A stretch of DNA of 64,000 nt from Kordia sp. (GTDB taxonomy: Bacteria; Bacteroidota; Bacteroidia; Flavobacteriales; Flavobacteriaceae). Shown here one piece after another: positions 27,207 through 36,726 of this stretch (positions are counted from its first letter, which is position 1; every line of letters starts with the position of its first letter). Where the stretch lies: the NCBI RefSeq assembly GCF_965283645.1, contig NZ_CBDIPG010000002.1, forward strand, positions 124,113 through 188,112, given 5' to 3'. A model generated the notes under the pieces. It was not told where the DNA came from and searched no databases. It was given only the letters and a program-made list of their open reading frames with translations. A program made the translations under genes and the position numbers.

Positions 27207-29168
27207 ATGAAATTATATTACTTGTTTTTTGTATTCCTAATCACATGTATGTGTTACGGACAAAATCCATTGAGTGAGAAGTTTGGCAACGTTTCTCAGA
27301 AGGAATTAGATATGCGTACGTACGAAAAAGATACAACTGCACACGCTGTTGTGTTAGAAGAATATGGCGATGTTTCTTTTCAATTAATTAAAGATCGAAT
27401 CCTTTTAGTAAAACAATATTATACTAAAATTAAGATTTTAGATAAACAAGGAGTTGATGAAGCTATTATTCAAATTCCGTATTATCGAACTAGAAAATCT
27501 GAAGAGACTATTAAAAACATTAAAGCTGTTACCTATAATACAGGTGAAACAAATACGCTTGCGACAGATCAAATTTTCACAGTAGATCATTCTGAAAATT
27601 GGTCTGAAAAACGATTTACATTTCCGAACGTAAAAGTGGGAAGCGTTTTAGAATATCAATATACATTGGAAACGCCTTTTGTGTACAATTTTGAAGGTTG
27701 GGAATTTCAAAGTGATATTCCAAAAGTGTATAGTGAATTTAGCGCGAAAATTCCTGGAAACTATCGATATAACAGAGTTTTAAAAGGTTTCTTAAAATTA
27801 GCCATTAACAAATCTGATGTAAAAAAAAGGTGTTTTTACGTTCCTGGACTTGTTGATAAAGCTGATTGCGAAGTTTTTAAATATGCCATGAGAGACATTC
27901 CTGCTTTTAAAGAAGAAGCCTATATGCTTTCTAAAAACAACTACTTGTCAAGAATACATTTTGAAATGTCGGAATACTATCGTTTTGACGGTGGAAAAGA
28001 TGTGTATACCAAAACATGGAAAGCGGTGGACAAAGAAATGCGAAATGATAAAGATGTTGGTGGACAAGTAAAACGTAATAAGTTCTTTAAAAATCAACTC
28101 TCGGATGCTATTTTAAATGAAAAATCCGATTATAAACGCGCTCAAAAAGTATTCAACTTTATCAAAGAGCATTACACTTGGAATGGTGAATACCGTCTTT
28201 TTAATAACGCAAATGTGCGACAAGCATTTATAAACAAAACTGGAAGTATTGCCGAAATCAACTTATCATTAATCAATAGTTTATTGGCGGCTAATATAAA
28301 AACAGAAACAGTCATGCTTTCCACACGATCGAAAGGAATACCAACGCAAATTCATCCGGTTATGTCCGATTTTAATTATTTGGTTGCAAAAGTTACCATA
28401 GGACAAGAAGTGTTTTTACTTGATGCTACTGACAAATTGCTTTCGTTTGGATTGATACAAACACGTGCGTTAAACTATACAGGACGCGTCATGGATTTTA
28501 AAAAACCTAGTTATTGGAATCCTATAAATCCGTATGCAGAAAATCGTCAAAATACATTAATTAATATTGCTGTAGATGAAGAAGGAACTGCAAAAGGTAA
28601 AATTTCGCAAGTAAATTCAGGTTACTTAGCATATGAAAAACGAAAAGAATTAGCAGACACAGACGAAGACAGTTATTTGGATGATATTGAAAAACGGATT
28701 CCATTTGTAGAAGTTGAAAAATATGAAATTAAAGACCGAGAAGAAACTCAGAAACCCACAAAAGAATTTTTCTTTTTGGAGTTTAACGATGCCTTTTCAA
28801 GTGAAAAAACCTATTTAGATCCCTTCTTTTTCAAGCTATTTCCATCAACGCCTTTTCGATTGGAAGAACGAAAATATCCTGTAGATTTTGCGTATCCGCG
28901 AATCTACACGACACGTTTCATTATGTCAATTCCTGATTCGTATGAATATGTAAATATTCCAGAAGACAAAACCTATAAATTAGCAGGTACAAAAGCTATT
29001 TGTGGTTTAAAAACTGTTGCACAAAACGGACAATTAAACATGACATTTAAGCTTGTTATCAATGATTTTCATTTTACAGCGGCGGAATATCAAGAACTAA
29101 AAACATTTTTCAGCAACCTAGCTACACTAGAAAGTAAAACACGCTTAACCATTACGAAGAAGAATTGA
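27207..29168 (+). CDS. DUF3857/transglutaminase-like domain protein
   Basis: Signal peptide; FTFPNVKVGSVLEYQY; FLLDAT. Confidence 0.8.
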   Translation: MKLYYLFFVFLITCMCYGQNPLSEKFGNVSQKELDMRTYEKDTTAHAVVLEEYGDVSFQLIKDRILLVKQYYTKIKILDKQGVDEAIIQIPYYRTRKSEETIKNIKAVTYNTGETNTLATDQIFTVDHSENWSEKRFTFPNVKVGSVLEYQYTLETPFVYNFEGWEFQSDIPKVYSEFSAKIPGNYRYNRVLKGFLKLAINKSDVKKRCFYVPGLVDKADCEVFKYAMRDIPAFKEEAYMLSKNNYLSRIHFEMSEYYRFDGGKDVYTKTWKAVDKEMRNDKDVGGQVKRNKFFKNQLSDAILNEKSDYKRAQKVFNFIKEHYTWNGEYRLFNNANVRQAFINKTGSIAEINLSLINSLLAANIKTETVMLSTRSKGIPTQIHPVMSDFNYLVAKVTIGQEVFLLDATDKLLSFGLIQTRALNYTGRVMDFKKPSYWNPINPYAENRQNTLINIAVDEEGTAKGKISQVNSGYLAYEKRKELADTDEDSYLDDIEKRIPFVEVEKYEIKDREETQKPTKEFFFLEFNDAFSSEKTYLDPFFFKLFPSTPFRLEERKYPVDFAYPRIYTTRFIMSIPDSYEYVNIPEDKTYKLAGTKAICGLKTVAQNGQLNMTFKLVINDFHFTAAEYQELKTFFSNLATLESKTRLTITKKN

Positions 29169-29192
29169 TAAATAAATAGTAAATTAGCAACT

Positions 29193-30024
29193 ATGGCAAA
29201 AAACTGGAAAGCTAAAATTCACGAAGTCATTTATGAAGCTGATACACCTGCTGGAAAACTGTTTGATGTAGTTTTACTGATACTTATTTTGGCAAGTATT
29301 GTATTGGTCATGCTCGAAAGTGTTAATGAATTTGCTGACAAGCATGGAAAATTTCTAAACATTGCCGAATGGGTAATTACTATTTTATTTACGATTGAAT
29401 ATTTTGCCAGAATCATTTCTATAAAAAAACCAAAACAATATATTTTTAGTTTTTACGGAATTATAGATTTACTTTCTACTATTCCAAAATATTTATCCTT
29501 ATTCTTAGTCGGTTCACATTCATTAGTAGCGCTTAGGGCTTTACGATTGATGCGTGTTTTTCGTATTTTAAAATTAGCACGATTTGTTGGAGAATCAAAT
29601 AATTTAATGCGTGCTTTAAAAGCCAGTAGAGTCAAAATTGCTGTATTTATAATGTTTATTTTGATTTTATGCACCATTTTAGGTTCAATAATGTATTTGG
29701 TTGAAAGTGGTCAAGATAGCGGCTTTACGAGCATTCCAAGAAGTATTTATTGGGCAATTGTTACCTTAACAACTGTTGGTTATGGTGATATTGCGCCGCT
29801 TACCGCTTTGGGGCAATCCATTGCTTCTATTATCATGATTTTAGGTTATGGAATTATTGCCGTTCCTACGGGAATTGTTTCTGCCGAATTAGTCTCTATG
29901 GATAAAAACGATGTTCATTTAAACACACAATCCTGCCCCAAATTGTAGTGCAGAAGGACATCGGAATAATGCTGAATATTGTTATGATTGTGGTGAAAGT
30001 TTAAATCCTGAAGAAACCGATTAA
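29193..30024 (+). CDS. Voltage-gated-type potassium channel (Ion_trans); frameshift near 29940
   Basis: RALRLMRVFRILKLAR S4 segment, TVGYGD filter; ORF stops at 29948 but the shifted frame continues CPNC..CYDCG to 30024. Confidence 0.8.
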
Positions 30025-30031
30025 ATTACAC

Positions 30032-30937
30032 ATGTCTAACTATCTTATTTCAATCGTTGGCGCAACTGCCATTGGAAAAACTGCATTGAGCATTCAATTG
30101 GCACAACATTTCAATACGGAAATCATTTCGTGTGATTCACGTCAGTTTTTTAAAGAAATGGCAATCGGAACTGCGGTTCCTTCCGAAGAAGAGCAAAATG
30201 CCGCACCACATCATTTTATTCAACACATTAGCATTTTTGATAATTATAATGTTGGACAGTTTGAAAAAGATGCTATTGCCAAACTTGACGACTTGTTTCA
30301 AACAAACAAAGTTGTCATTATGGTTGGCGGAAGTGGTTTGTATGTAGATGCCGTTTTGAAAGGTTTAGACGATTTTCCAAAGGTAGATCCTAAAATTAGA
30401 GAAACGTTAAATCAACAGTTAGAAACCGAAGGTATTACTTCTCTTCAAGATAAATTACAGGAACTCGATCCTGTTTATTATAAAAAAGTAGCATTGGAAA
30501 ACCCACATCGATTGATTCGTGCTTTAGAGATTTGTATTGGAAGTGGAAAACCATATTCGAGCTTTTTGAAATCTGAAACGACACAGCGTAATTTTACTTC
30601 GATTAAAATTGGGCTCACCGCAGACAGAGAAATTATATACGATCGTATTAACAGACGCGTTGAAATTATGATGCAAGAAGGTCTGTTGGAAGAAGCAAAA
30701 ACACTATATCCACATAAAACGTTGAATGCTTTACAAACCGTTGGTTACCGTGAATTGTTCAATTATTTTGATGGAAATTTCACGTTGGATGTTGCTATTC
30801 ATGAAATTAAGAAGAATACACGCCGATTTGCCAAACGACAAGGAACTTGGTTTCGAAGAGATGAAAACACGAATTGGTTTGATTATGAAGAAGATATTAA
30901 ACGTATTATTGAGAAAATTGAAAGTTTGATTTGTTGA
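30032..30937 (+). CDS. miaA: tRNA dimethylallyltransferase
   Basis: GATAIGKT, DSRQF, VGGSGLY, TRRFAKRQ.TWF. Confidence 0.96.
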   Translation: MSNYLISIVGATAIGKTALSIQLAQHFNTEIISCDSRQFFKEMAIGTAVPSEEEQNAAPHHFIQHISIFDNYNVGQFEKDAIAKLDDLFQTNKVVIMVGGSGLYVDAVLKGLDDFPKVDPKIRETLNQQLETEGITSLQDKLQELDPVYYKKVALENPHRLIRALEICIGSGKPYSSFLKSETTQRNFTSIKIGLTADREIIYDRINRRVEIMMQEGLLEEAKTLYPHKTLNALQTVGYRELFNYFDGNFTLDVAIHEIKKNTRRFAKRQGTWFRRDENTNWFDYEEDIKRIIEKIESLIC

Positions 30938-31134
30938 TTTGTGTATTTATTTATTTATTTGAAAATATATACTTTATTCAGAGTTTTGAATTTCTCGTAA
31001 TGACATTTTATTAGATTTTCAGCACGTAAATTCGAATGATTTTTTTTTAAATTTCACTCAGACTGACGGTTTGTATATTGAAGCACTCAACTACCAAAAT
31101 ACCAACAGTAAAACTAATACCAAAACCAAAAAAA

Positions 31135-31641
31135 ATGACCCAAGAAGTACAAAACCTCGTAGAAAACCTAAAATTATTACCACATCCTGAAGGTGGATTT
31201 TATAAAGAAGTATATAGAAGCGCACATATGATTTCGAAAGAAGCGTTGCAGGCTAATTTTTCGGGCGATCGTAGTTATTGTACAAGTATTTATTTTTTAT
31301 TGACTTCTGAGAATTTTTCTGCTTTTCACAGAATTAAGCAAGATGAAATTTGGCATTTTTATGGCGGAAGTTCCTTGTCTGTTCATGTTATTGATGAAAA
31401 CGGACTGTATACAGAACATAAAGTTGGAATGGATTTTAGAAATGGAGAACAGCCACAATTAGTTGTTCCCGCAGGTTGTTGGTTCGCGTCAAGCGTTCCA
31501 AAAAAAGATTCATACGCATTTGTAGGTTGTACAGTAGCACCAGGATTTGACTTTGATGATTTTGAATTGGCTACACGTGCGGAGTTGACAAAAACATATC
31601 CAACCTATAAAAATATTATCTATAGACTTACTAGAGATTAA
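31135..31641 (+). CDS. Cupin domain protein (DUF985 type)
   Basis: LLPHPEGGFYKE, TSIYFLL, FHRIKQDEIWHFY, CTVAPGFDF; start at ATG 31135. Confidence 0.88.
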   Translation: MTQEVQNLVENLKLLPHPEGGFYKEVYRSAHMISKEALQANFSGDRSYCTSIYFLLTSENFSAFHRIKQDEIWHFYGGSSLSVHVIDENGLYTEHKVGMDFRNGEQPQLVVPAGCWFASSVPKKDSYAFVGCTVAPGFDFDDFELATRAELTKTYPTYKNIIYRLTRD

Positions 31642-31716
31642 TGATAACTGAAAAAGTCGACATTCGGGAGCCGACTATATTTCAATTGTTTAGGGGAAAA
31701 CGTATATTTTGAGTTG

Positions 31717-32430
31717 TTACTCTGCTTTATTTTTTACAACCAATCTAAATCCTTCTCCGTGAATATTTAGAATTTCTACGTCTTCATCTCTTTTCAGATA
31801 TTTACGTAGTTTCGCAATATACACATCCATTGATCTTGATGTGAAGTAGTTATCATCTCTCCAGATTTTCGTTAATGCAAGTTCTCTTGGCATTAAGTCA
31901 TTTTCATGTAAAGCTAATAAGCGCAATAATTCGTTTTCTTTTGGAGACAGTTTGATAGGTTCTTCCGTATCAAATGTTAAGAATCTTAATTTAGAATTTA
32001 GGCTAAATCTTCCAATTACGAATTCGAATTGTTTGCTGTCTGCAACAGAATCAGATGTTTTGCGTTGCATTATTGCTTTGATTTTCATCAATAATACTTC
32101 CGAATCAAAAGGCTTGTTTAAGTAGTCGTCTGCGCCTACTTTGTATCCTTTCATTACATCTTCTTTTAATGCTTTAGCAGTTAAGAAAATGATTGGAACT
32201 TCTGTATTTTTCTCGCGAATTTCTTTCGCAAGCGTAAAACCATCTTTGTACGGCATCATTACGTCAAGTATGCAAAGGTCGTAATTGTCTTTTTTGAATT
32301 TTTCAAATCCTTCCATTCCGTTCTTTGCATGAACAACGTCATAATCGTTCATTGATAGATAGTCTTTTAATACAGTCCCAAAATTCGGATCATCTTCTAC
32401 TAATAAAATTTTTTTGTTTTGAATCTCCAT
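31717..32430 (-). CDS. OmpR-family response regulator
   Basis: LLVEDD, LDVMMP, FLTAK, SRSMDVYIAKLRK. Confidence 0.95.
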   Translation of the reverse strand: MEIQNKKILLVEDDPNFGTVLKDYLSMNDYDVVHAKNGMEGFEKFKKDNYDLCILDVMMPYKDGFTLAKEIREKNTEVPIIFLTAKALKEDVMKGYKVGADDYLNKPFDSEVLLMKIKAIMQRKTSDSVADSKQFEFVIGRFSLNSKLRFLTFDTEEPIKLSPKENELLRLLALHENDLMPRELALTKIWRDDNYFTSRSMDVYIAKLRKYLKRDEDVEILNIHGEGFRLVVKNKAE

Positions 32431-32434
32431 GTGG

Positions 32435-34018
32435 TTACGATATTAATGGTAATTTGATAATGAAGGTAGTTCCTTTGCTTTTCTCACTTTCAACCGAAAC
32501 TTGACCTTGATGGTCGTCTACGATTTTTTTTACGTAAGCTAAGCCTAGTCCGTGGCCTTTTACATTATGTATGTCACCGGTATGTTCTCTATAAAATTTT
32601 TCAAATATTCTTTTTTGTACTGATTTGGACATTCCTTGTCCTTGATCTTTCACTTTTATTACAATGTTGTCTTTCACCACTTCAGTGTGAACGTCAATTT
32701 TTGGTTCACCTTCTGTGTATTTTATTGCGTTGTCCAACACATTAACCAATACGTTGGTAAAGTGCGTATCATTTGCCATTACCATAGAATCGGTTGCTCC
32801 CAAATGCATTTTCACATAGCCATTTCTGTCTTCAACAATCAATTCTATGTGAGACATTGCATCTTCAATTAGGTCGTGAACATCAACTTCTTCTTTACTT
32901 ATATCTAATTGGTTTTTCTCCAATTTAGATATTTGTAATACATTTTCTACTTGTGCATGCATTCGTTTGTTTTCTTCACGAATCATTCGCAAATAGCGTT
33001 TTACCTTGTCTTTATCATCAATGATTTTCGGATTCTGAACAGCATCTAGCGCTAAATTTATAGTCGCAATTGGTGTTTTGAATTCGTGTGTCATGTTGTT
33101 GATGAAATCAGTTTTTATTTCTGAAATCTGCTTTTGTTTTATTAATTGATATAATGCACTTGAATATGCAATTATTATAATTAGTGTAAAAACAATAGAC
33201 ATGATTGCCATTCCTATGATTGACGATAGTACGTATTTGTTTCGCTTTGGAAAACTTAAAAATAATGTAAATCCACTTCCGCCTTCATAGTCGTCAAATA
33301 ATGGAACATCATACATTCCACCATCTGTAATTTTGAACTTTTTAGATTTTATTTTTGTTGCCAATCCATCATCATATACACCAAATTCGTATTCTAAATC
33401 AAGATCTAGCTTATCTAAGTTTTCTTGGATTACAAATTCTAAAAATTCGCTAGAAACACGTTTATGAATTGGAATTTGCTTCGTAAATTCGTTTATATCA
33501 TCTTTGTATTGCTCCATTTTCCTAGAAATGTTGTCCACTTCTCGCATTCGCTCTACAAAAGAGATACTACTCACGTTCGCATCATCTAGTAAATCTTCTT
33601 TATAAACAGTACGTGTTGTATACCGTTTGAAGTTTTTTAGACTTGTACTATCATCTTCGTTAATATTATCAATGAACGTAGGAAATATATTGTAATCTTC
33701 TTCAATAATTCCTCTAGTATAAATACTAGTTTCGTTATTTTTATCATTTCTACTTGTTATTTGTAATACACTGATTATTTGTGAATTTTCAGGTTCTTCA
33801 ATGCTGTCAATTAACTTTTGAAATTTTGAGTAATATTTAAAATGTTCTGATTGGCTTGCGCTTTCAGAAACATTGGTTAGAATTTGATTTGCATTAAGGG
33901 TGAAAGATTCCTGCTTTTCCTTTACAGCAGAAGCAATCCAATATCCTTGGACAAATATAATTCCGATAAGCGATAAACTCATCAAAATGACTAGAACAAT
34001 AAATAATCGTTTACTCAT
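32435..34018 (-). CDS. Membrane sensor histidine kinase
   Basis: NNMTHEFKTP, NVLDNAIKY, DQGQG, GHGLGL. Confidence 0.95.
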   Translation of the reverse strand: MSKRLFIVLVILMSLSLIGIIFVQGYWIASAVKEKQESFTLNANQILTNVSESASQSEHFKYYSKFQKLIDSIEEPENSQIISVLQITSRNDKNNETSIYTRGIIEEDYNIFPTFIDNINEDDSTSLKNFKRYTTRTVYKEDLLDDANVSSISFVERMREVDNISRKMEQYKDDINEFTKQIPIHKRVSSEFLEFVIQENLDKLDLDLEYEFGVYDDGLATKIKSKKFKITDGGMYDVPLFDDYEGGSGFTLFLSFPKRNKYVLSSIIGMAIMSIVFTLIIIIAYSSALYQLIKQKQISEIKTDFINNMTHEFKTPIATINLALDAVQNPKIIDDKDKVKRYLRMIREENKRMHAQVENVLQISKLEKNQLDISKEEVDVHDLIEDAMSHIELIVEDRNGYVKMHLGATDSMVMANDTHFTNVLVNVLDNAIKYTEGEPKIDVHTEVVKDNIVIKVKDQGQGMSKSVQKRIFEKFYREHTGDIHNVKGHGLGLAYVKKIVDDHQGQVSVESEKSKGTTFIIKLPLIS

Positions 34019-34099
34019 TTGATCAAAATTAACGCTTAATCTCGGTTATTATAACTTTTTAACCAAACCTTAACAAATATGTTAATTTTGTCAGATTTT

Positions 34100-34684
34100 C
34101 TAGCAAAATACTAATATTTCTTGATGGATTTTTGCCACCTGTGCTTTCGATTTTGTGAGGTCTTCATTATGAATAATATAGTCAGAGCGTGCTATTTTTT
34201 GTTCATCACTCCATTGATTATTCATTCTATTTTGCACAGCTTCTCGTGTTGTGTTATCTCTTAGTAAGATACGACGAAAACGTTCTTCAATTGGCGCAAT
34301 AACCGTTATTATTTTATCACATTGCTTGTATGAATCATTTTCAAATAATATAGCAACTTCCTTAATGATGTATTTTTCATTGCTACGCTCGGCATACCAA
34401 TCTTTAAAATGTTGTCTAACTCGTGGATGTACGATGGAATTTATTTTTTTTAATTCCTCTGGTTGCTTGAATACGATGTTGGATAAATAACTTCTGTTGA
34501 GTTCTCCATTTTTATAGGTTTCTTCTCCAAATGCTTCAATAAGTTCTTTTTGTATGACTTCAGAAGTATGCATCAATTTTTTCGCCTCAATATCTGCAAT
34601 ATAGATAGAAACGCCCAATTCATGAAACATTTTAGCTATGGTGGTTTTTCCACTTCCAATTCCGCCTGTAAGTCCTACAATCAT
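34100..34684 (-). CDS. coaE: Dephospho-CoA kinase
   Basis: VGLTGGIGSGKTT, IVHPRV. Confidence 0.95.
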   Translation of the reverse strand: MIVGLTGGIGSGKTTIAKMFHELGVSIYIADIEAKKLMHTSEVIQKELIEAFGEETYKNGELNRSYLSNIVFKQPEELKKINSIVHPRVRQHFKDWYAERSNEKYIIKEVAILFENDSYKQCDKIITVIAPIEERFRRILLRDNTTREAVQNRMNNQWSDEQKIARSDYIIHNEDLTKSKAQVAKIHQEILVFC

Positions 34685-35643
34685 TTTTTTATTAAGAAGT
34701 TTATTTTTTGGTTATCAATTCGGTATGATTTTACTTTTTTTGGTCGTTTTCCCAGTTTGGGAATAAAGAAGGAAGCATTTGTCTTTTCAATATCTTTGTA
34801 ATCACATAGAATTGAAAAGTCATTTGCCGAAATTTCGTTAAAATCGGACACATTTGCCGTAAAGATGATGTTTACTTCTTTCGGAAATAGTTTGATGGAA
34901 TATCCGCTTGGCAAATTAACAATACGCAACGGAATGCTTAGTTTTCCTTCCGTAAATTTATCTACTTTGGCTATTGCTTTTACTTTTGAAGTACTATACG
35001 TTAAGCGTTTTAGTGAATCGTTTTTTAATAGTTTTACTTCTAAATTTATATCTTTATTTATTCCTTCTATTTGTTTGATTTCGGTGTATACTACTTTTTG
35101 AGCATCTATTACATCTTCTGGTCCTGATATTTTTATCGTTTTTGGTTCAATTTTCAATGAATCGTATAGATTATAACCGTTTTCAAATGTAAAAGCTAAT
35201 TGATGAATTACTGGAACTTCTTTGGTTTTGTTTTTCCCAAGTTTTAGAAATAAAGTGTCTGGTGATACTTTTAAAATTTCAATTTCCCTATATAAATGCT
35301 TATCAATGGTATTGTCTGTTAGTACATAAAATGTTTCAGCCGCTTTGAGTTTGTTTACTTTTTTTAGATCGACTTCTACTGTGCTTTTGAAGAATTTTTG
35401 GCGTAACATCCGAAAACCTGTTGTTTTTACTTGCGCTTCGATAATGTTTTCTTGGCTTCCTAATAAAATTTTATCATCCGATAAGTTGGTGTATTCAACA
35501 TTCATTTTAATCGTATCCGTATACGTGTTGGATAGTTTGATAAGCGTCCATATCATGAAAGATACAATGAAAAAAATCAAGAATGTATTGATTTTTCGTC
35601 CTTTGTATAATTCGGCAAATACACTTTTAATTCCTTTAATCAT
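34681..35643 (-). CDS. YbbR-like (CdaR family) domain protein
   Basis: Single N-terminal TM; IEPKTIKISGP, LFPKEV; conserved position beside coaE. Confidence 0.75.
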   Translation of the reverse strand: MIKGIKSVFAELYKGRKINTFLIFFIVSFMIWTLIKLSNTYTDTIKMNVEYTNLSDDKILLGSQENIIEAQVKTTGFRMLRQKFFKSTVEVDLKKVNKLKAAETFYVLTDNTIDKHLYREIEILKVSPDTLFLKLGKNKTKEVPVIHQLAFTFENGYNLYDSLKIEPKTIKISGPEDVIDAQKVVYTEIKQIEGINKDINLEVKLLKNDSLKRLTYSTSKVKAIAKVDKFTEGKLSIPLRIVNLPSGYSIKLFPKEVNIIFTANVSDFNEISANDFSILCDYKDIEKTNASFFIPKLGKRPKKVKSYRIDNQKINFLIKK

Positions 35644-35645
35644 AG

Positions 35646-36653
35646 TTATTTTTTAAAGAATAATTTAGGAAATCTTTCTTCTGGATTGTGTTTAAAAATT
35701 TTTAAAGCTATTGTCGATTTTAAAAAACCTATTCCATATCCGTAAAATTGTATACAAACTGCAAGCATTGCCAATAGTGCAATTTTGATACTTTTTGTAC
35801 TTCGTAATGCATCTAACAATATGGCTATAAAATATACGCCATATGCATATGAAAACCAATGAAATTTAAAAAATATACTCGCAATTACTGAAATTAGGAA
35901 TCCTACACAGAATAGTGTTGGAAACCAATAGGTAAGTTTTGCTGTTTTTGGATGCCATCGATTTAAAATTGGACGCACCATTCCAAATTTATTGACTTGC
36001 ATATGAAATTTTTCCCATGAAATTCTTCGTTTATGATATACGTATGCTTCTGGCAACAATGTAGTTTTGTAACCTGCTTTCCAGATTCGGATTGTTAAAT
36101 CGGGATCTTCTCCTGGATGAATTTGACCAAAACCTTGTGTTTTTTCAAATACTTCTTTAGAGATTCCCATGTTGAAACTTCTCGGTTGAAATTTATCGAC
36201 TGCTTTTTTTCCGCCTCTTATTCCACCTGTGGTTAAAAACGCTGTCATTGCATAACTAATTGCTTTTTGTATGGTTGTAAATGAACTATGTGCGGCATCT
36301 GGACCACCAAAACAATCGTAGTATGTATTTTTTAAAGCTTTGTCAACCTCGCTCAAATATTGTGCTGGAAGAATACAATCGGAATCAAATATTAAGAAGT
36401 AGTTTCCTTTGGCACGTTGCATTCCGTAGTTACGTGAATCGCCAGGTCCTGAATTTTGTTTGAAATAATAACTTATGTCAAGTTGATCTTGATACGCATC
36501 AATTACATCTTTTGCAGGAATTGTAGAACCATCTTCAACAATTACAACTTCAAAATTTTCTTGAAACGTTTGTTTCGTTATACTTTCAAGTAGTTCATTT
36601 ACCTCATCAGGTCTGTTATATACAGGAACAATAATTGAGAATTTTAGTTGCAT
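35646..36653 (-). CDS. Glycosyltransferase family 2
   Basis: SIIVPVYNR, IFDSDC, GEDPDL. Confidence 0.92.
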   Translation of the reverse strand: MQLKFSIIVPVYNRPDEVNELLESITKQTFQENFEVVIVEDGSTIPAKDVIDAYQDQLDISYYFKQNSGPGDSRNYGMQRAKGNYFLIFDSDCILPAQYLSEVDKALKNTYYDCFGGPDAAHSSFTTIQKAISYAMTAFLTTGGIRGGKKAVDKFQPRSFNMGISKEVFEKTQGFGQIHPGEDPDLTIRIWKAGYKTTLLPEAYVYHKRRISWEKFHMQVNKFGMVRPILNRWHPKTAKLTYWFPTLFCVGFLISVIASIFFKFHWFSYAYGVYFIAILLDALRSTKSIKIALLAMLAVCIQFYGYGIGFLKSTIALKIFKHNPEERFPKLFFKK

Positions 36654-36681
36654 GTAGCAAATGTAAATTAATCACATAAAA

Positions 36682-36705
36682 AAAGCCACCGATTGGTGGC
36701 TTTTC
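36682..36705 (-). terminator. Rho-independent terminator
   Basis: AAAAGCCACC-GATT-GGTGGCTTTT hairpin with U-tract downstream of the T9SS gene. Confidence 0.85.
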
Positions 36706-36726
36706 TTAATGATCTCTGAAAAAAGA

